DNA of 64,000 nt, from assembly GCF_009914755.1 (NCBI RefSeq), contig NC_060928.1, one strand, 5' to 3'. The DNA is from the human T2T-CHM13v2.0 reference genome, Homo sapiens. Below are positions 57,560 through 64,000 of the stretch, one piece after another; the first letter of the stretch is position 1, and every line of letters starts with the position of its first letter. Below the pieces are notes generated by a model. It did no database searches. It saw nothing but the letters and a program-made list of their open reading frames with translations, and was not told where the DNA came from. The translations under genes were made by a program, and so were the position numbers.

Positions 57560-58865
57560 TCTTTTACTTGAAACTGGGTTAAATAAACTATGCTCCTATA
57601 AAAGGAATGAGAAATAGCTCTCTATATAGCCGTGAAGTTGTTTCTAGCATAAATTGTTAAGTGAAAAAGACAAAGCAGAGCCAGACGCCGTGGCTCACGC
57701 CTGTAATCCCAACTCTGGGAGGCCAAGGCGGGCAGATCATTTGAACCCAGGAGTCTGAGAAAGTTGAGAAACAGAAAGTTCTAGGACTCAGAGCCTGCAC
57801 TCTACCAAACATGGTGAAAACCTGCCAGCATGGCAAAACCCTGTCTCTACCAAAAATACAAAATTAGCCAGGCATGGTGATGCGTGCCTGTAGTCCCAGC
57901 TATTTGGGAGGCTGAAGTGGGAGGACGGCTTGAGCCCAAGAGATCAAGGCTGCAGTGAGCCAGCATCACACCACCTCACCAGCTGAGCACGATCTTGTCT
58001 CAAAAGCAAAACAAAACAAAAAAAAGATAAAGCAGAGAAAAGCGTGAATACTATGCTAACATTTTTCGGGAAGGTGGCAGGAGAGGTGGGAAAGCGTCCC
58101 TTTATCAATATATCCCAGCTAATGAATGAAGAAGGAATAACAGAAATAGGATAGCATCATTTTGCAGCCCTTCATGAATCAAAAGACCTGGACAATCATA
58201 AGTGGCTACTAACACATGAAAAGAAGAGCAGCCATACATTATGTGCAACTCAGCAATACCTATGAAGTACTTGTTCAAAAAAAAAAAAAATCAAACCTGA
58301 AACTCCCCAAGCCTCTAGATCTTAATACAAGTTAATAAGAAATACAGGAGGCAGGAGATGTTAAATAACACCAGAGGGATGCGGGAAGCAAAATAAGGAA
58401 TATGGGAGACTGGATAGGATATATAATTCTGTTTCTTGAACATAAATTTTAAGGGAAAAGAGAAAGAGAAATCCCTTAGATATGAGATATAGTAACTAAA
58501 TGTAATGTGTCACACCTATTCTGATCCCAATTCAAACCAACCATCTGTGAAATATACTGACTGGTAAATGTGAACACTAACTAAATACTGATAATGTTAA
58601 GGAAATGTAGCTAATTTTAATGTGGCATAAAAGTGTTACAGTATATCTTTAGAAATACACTAAAATATTTATGGGTTAAATATTGTGATTCTGAGATTTG
58701 CTTCAAAAAATTCAGTGCAGTGTTGGAGATAGGATTACAGTGTAGATGCAACAAAATTGGTCATGAGTTGGTCATTGTTAAAGCTGGGTAGCAGGCGAGT
58801 GATTTCACTCTATACTGTTCTCTGTACTGTTGTATGTGTTTGAATTTTCTATCGTTAAAAAATAT
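57560..58865 (+). mobile_element. Old L1M (L1MC/ME-like) 3' fragments interrupted by an Alu
   Basis: aattgttaagtgaaaaag; gagatttgcttcaaaa; aaaattggtcatgagttggtcattgttaaagctggg. Confidence 0.65.
57680..58025 (+). mobile_element. AluJ-like carrying a foreign insertion in its left arm
   Basis: TSD aaaaagacaaagcaga / aaaaagataaagcaga; non-Alu sequence at 57761-57804. Confidence 0.9.
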
Positions 58866-59540
58866 TAAGAAGAAAACAAATAGCATTATCTTTTCCCTAA
58901 GTGTTCACAATCTCCTCTGTCTCCCCTTTCTCCTATTTTCTAAGGAGAAAGAATTGAGCAAGTTTACAAAGTGGGGTGGAGCTGTTGTGAAAGATACTTC
59001 AAATCATTTTTTAGCTACTCAGAATTATAGCATGAAGTCAAAGTTCTCTAGGCTTGAAATGCTGTGTACCTCATTCTTCCCCTCCAACACATATTTCCAG
59101 TTATACGCACAATTTTAATTGACTGTAGGGACTATCTTCAAATAACATTTCCATAAACTTCCAAACTGAACCGCCCCAGATTGGAGTTTTGTAATCTATT
59201 AGCCATTCATGACCCCTCCCCTACCCACAAAAAAAGTTGTTTTTGTTTGCTTTCTCTTCTGATTTTCATTTAGACTTCTTTCTTTGCCAATAGATTTAAC
59301 ACAAAGATAGCATTTTCTAACTTTGACCATAATCCATACTGGAATCATCATTCAAAAATAATGGCCTAATTGTTCCTACAAATTTCATAATCATTTTCAA
59401 AGAAGTTGATTGGTGGCCCTTGAGGCTTTTCAACTTTATCCTATTTTGGATGATATCTGTGGCCTAGAAATCAGTTGTATAGCCCAAAATGTTACCTAGA
59501 CTACTAATGAACAGCAAGGTCTAAGGAAATGGCAACTAGA

Positions 59541-60101
<561 letters not shown>

Positions 60102-60181
60102 TTACCTATCCAGCCCTCCTAAGGATCTTCACTTCCTCCCCCTAGAAAACTACAGAGTTGCTCTGTTGTCACAGTGTGAAA

Positions 60182-60235
60182 ACACACACACACATGCATG
60201 CGTGCGTACACATACACACACACACACACACACAC
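60182..60235. repeat. Interrupted (CA)n microsatellite
   Basis: Alternating purine-pyrimidine run. Confidence 0.9.
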
Positions 60236-60289
60236 TTGATTTGGTGCATAGGAAGTGACCTAATTCAGTTTGTCCTCATCATAGTGACA

Positions 60290-60622
60290 ACTAGACTGAG
60301 CCAATCAGAGACTTTCTGTAGGGTTTTGATTACTGGAATTGAGAAAATGAGGGCTTTCTGGTGGGTGAAGCTGTGAGATGTAAAACACAGCAACTGTTCC
60401 TGGTCATGTGAAGCCAAAGTACGGAGAGAAGCAGAGACAAAAACTCTCTTCATCGAGACGGAATCCCGATGGCATCCCAGGCCCTGCTTCCAGCTGGTCC
60501 GCTGAGGCCCAGCCACACTGCTTTCTTTAAGTTCAGTTCGACCCAATAATATCATTACAATAAATTCCTCCTTTTGGATTCAAATTGGCTTTCCATCCCT
60601 AGCAGTTCAGCCCTAATATACA
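60290..60622 (+). mobile_element. Probable ancient MLT1-type LTR fragment
   Basis: Ends caataaattcctccttt...ccctaatataca, resembling MLT1J/K 3' termini. Confidence 0.45.
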
Positions 60623-61219
60623 GCAGATGTCACAACTGATTTCACATATTTGGAGAAATAGGAGTAGCTGAGACAGAATTTAGTCTACCTTGCTCAGAGA
60701 CATTCACAGATAGTGTGAAAACCACTCATGAGTCCCCTTTGCTTAAAGTTACCCTGGTCATGTTTATTACAGCATGTAAAGGTACATAGCCTTAAAGTCT
60801 TTTCAGGACTTGGGATTTTTCTTAAAGAAAACAAATCAAGAGTGTTCATTAAAAGATTGATATAAAAAATTAATAATTCTGAAGTTAACCCAAAACTTAA
60901 TGTAATCTTCCATTGGAACATTTGTTGATGTGTGTGGGGGGTTTAAATTCCACAAATATTATTAAAATGAGCAATCAGCAGCAAGATGTTTTAAAATATT
61001 TTGTTTCCGCATGTAAAATCTCGTTTTATTACAGAATTATTTTGTTAAAGGCACAGCTATGCCAGGTTGCTGCCAGAGTGATAGGATCATAACAGCCCAG
61101 TTAATTTTAAAAGACTCACAAGTGGTAGGCCTTGGAACTACTGATGGCAACATGTACATCACATTTTAGTATAATGCTTAAACTTACACCACATCTTGTG
61201 AATTTATATGCATCTGCCA

Positions 61220-61220
<1 letters not shown>

Positions 61221-61257
<37 letters not shown>
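61221..61257. repeat. (TG)18 microsatellite
   Basis: Directly visible perfect run. Confidence 0.95.
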
Positions 61258-61258
<1 letters not shown>

Positions 61259-63172
61259 TGTGCACGCATGCATGTAGATACACATATATTTATTTCAAAG
61301 AGAAGAGAGTTGGTGGGAAGTAGGACAGACTTGTGAAGTAATTAAGAATTTCTACTGGCTCTCACATTCTTCAGTGTAACTTAAAATGTGTACAAAAGAT
61401 ATCTTGAATACACTGTGTCAAAACTGGTCTGGTTTCATTTCCAGTTAGTTGCCAGCATGCTAAAATGGAGATGCTTGCTACCAAGGTGTAGCTTGTCTAA
61501 AGTTTAGTGATTAGATCTCCAAATGAAAAAGTACAGCCTAAAGAGGAAATTCTTGGCACTTGTTTCAATTATCTCCTCTTTACAACATTATAGGGTGCTT
61601 TCATGTGTATGTATTATCATTCATAATAGAGAGTACATTGACTAAGATTGCAAAATAGTTTCCATTGTATCATAATCCCCTTGTGTCCAGTTGACTCACA
61701 TCTCTGAAAAATTTCTGCTCAGTTACAAATGTCTGCTGGTCTCTTTCCAATGATACTTTGTTTGTTTGTTTGATGGTTGGAAATCTGAAGAAAGTTCACT
61801 TAGTTAAAATGGTGATGTAAAGTATATGAGTACAGTCCTAAAATTTACTAAATGTACATACTCAAATTTACTCAACTTTAGGTCTTCAGATTTTAAAAAC
61901 TAGATGAATAATCTATCCTTTAAAAATTAACCATTAATTCTTCAAGTATACCAACTGCTGCATTTCTAATACCAAAACAACCTTATCAAGTGATAATTTA
62001 ATTACACCTTTTAAATGAAATTTTAAAACATGATTTATTCATGAAAAACAAGTAGTTTCATCCACCCTTCTTTTTCTACAACTCTTTGCATATCTGTGGC
62101 CTGCTATTTATTACAGCCTTTCTCATAATTTTTAGTGTAGGCTTAACAAGCATATAGTTTTAAATCTTTCTTTAGGAGACTTTCTGGCTTTTCTCATTGC
62201 TGAATTCGACACAAACCTTATTCTCTTATTAGCATTCTTGCAAGGGAGTTTAGGTAATAATAGTTAAGAAAGAATGTTTAAGTTTGATAGTACATTAAAT
62301 AATAGACAATGATCAGAAGAGGAAAAAAATGCATGGGTATTTTGGTTAAGGTTTTCAAAACCTAAATCATCTTTATTCTCCACCTTGGCCTGAACAAAGA
62401 ATAACTATAATGAAAATTTGGCCTATGTGGCTTTTACACGTATGTGTTATTTCCTTCCGTTACCTCACATATATAATTTTTTGTTGTTAAAATGCAACAG
62501 CTGGATCTCGCTATTGGCTTTCAGATCAGTAAAATCAGAGATTGCCCTTTCTTTGCTTCCTTTTTAGTGGACCTGCAGGAAATAGAGTTCAGAGTGTACC
62601 TCACTCCTTACAAGACAACAGCCCATATAATTTTGCAGATAAGGAAACAACTCCTTCAGTTTCTAAATACCCAGTATATAGTGTTGTTATCAAACATCAA
62701 CACCTGTATGCATTTAAATTCACTCACAGTTTAAATGAAATTACACATAGTTAATACATGCCACTTGTAAAGTCTAATCTTATCTTGGGAACTTGGATTT
62801 TGCATTCCTTAACTAGTGTGCTTAAATTTTCAGTTGTATTATCCTATGTTTTTTTTGTTTTTTTTTTTAGTAGATGAAAATAAGACACAGGTGTTTAGGT
62901 TTCTCTTCATGTCGATAAAGATCTAAACAAGCATTTAGTTATACTTAGGAGCAGCTGTTGAAATTTTCTAGGGTACAAAAGAAGGATCTAACAAAATAAA
63001 ACCCACTCACCTCTAGCATGATTAGCTCCATTTTGTATTTTCTGTACTCCCCAACTGTGATAATTCCAGCCAAACTGTATTCTGGCCTAAGTCATCTGGA
63101 AAGGGGGAAAGCAGGTGTTATTATGAAGCATTCAGAGGATTTAAGAAGATTTGAAATATAGTTACTATAGAG

Positions 63173-63345
63173 CAGTGATTCCTAACCCCTTTTTGGTTTT
63201 AGATCCTTTTTAGACTATAATGAAAGTTTTGAACCTTCTCTATAGAAAAATATATAATATGTATACATGGGTATATGTTTTCATAAGTTTCAATGTATTC
63301 TTAGATCCATCTAGATATCCGTAGACTCTCAGTTAAGAATCTTTA
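63173..63345. mobile_element. Probable MER103-like hAT fossil
   Basis: cagtgattcctaacc ... cagttaagaatctttac degenerate TIR-like ends. Confidence 0.5.
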
Positions 63346-64000
63346 CTATGTGGCCAACAAACACACAAAATTAGTGAAATACCAATTGAAATAGTATCTA
63401 GTTCATGTAACAAAGATTGCTTTATTATTTGAAATTAAAACAAAATAATATAATGTGAGCTTCTAAATAAATGGCTTATAAACAACATAAGTATTACAAG
63501 TCAGAGGAAGCAGAGACCACCTTAAAAATATAAAAATAAAAAAGATACATGAGTGTATACTGGGTATTTTCAGAATATCTTATGTAATTGGGATGATGTG
63601 ATTTCACCTCATTTACATCCTTATTTATTTATATGCTAGATGGGAAAAAAAAGAACTTTCTTCCAAAAAGCATACCACTGTCAATGAGTATGACATGCAT
63701 AAAATAAGTGTAATATAAATAATTCTATTTTCTTCTCACTCTATGTTATGTGCTAATGGTATACTTATTGGTTACTCACAAGGACCTATCTTCATCTGCC
63801 CCTTAGCTAGCTACAGATTGTCAAGTCATTTTTTCCCCCTGTTTAACACAGATAGCCATTAACACCATGTCATCTTCTTTAAATGTAAAATCATTTAGGG
63901 ATGCCAAGCAAATCTGCTGATTAGCTCAGGCCAGCCTACACCAGATTGGAGAATGGGAAAGTAGTGAAAGACACGCATTACAGATTAAGACTGGGTATAA

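Overview
Primate (very probably human) genomic DNA lying almost entirely in two very large introns of the AAA+ ATPase gene AFG2A/SPATA5 (+ strand). The one recognisable coding exon is 18122-18286 (165 nt, phase 0-0, ag/GT-bounded). It encodes [18 protein letters not shown]...AYSGAE, the arginine-finger region of the second AAA domain, and is absent from the ORF track. Most of the rest is interspersed repeats: a near-full-length dead L1PA (1-5833) with an antisense ORF0-like frame, older L1/HAL1/L2/MIR pieces, about 13 Alus (two nested), THE1 and MLT1 solo LTRs, and hAT/Tigger fossils. The notable oddities are a tailless, 3'-truncated RPS13 retrocopy, a head-to-head Alu hairpin next to the exon, and many short locally templated insertions and fold-back scars. 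I found no convincing new multi-gene system. Repeat subfamily names are from memory of consensus sequences and need RepeatMasker/Dfam confirmation.
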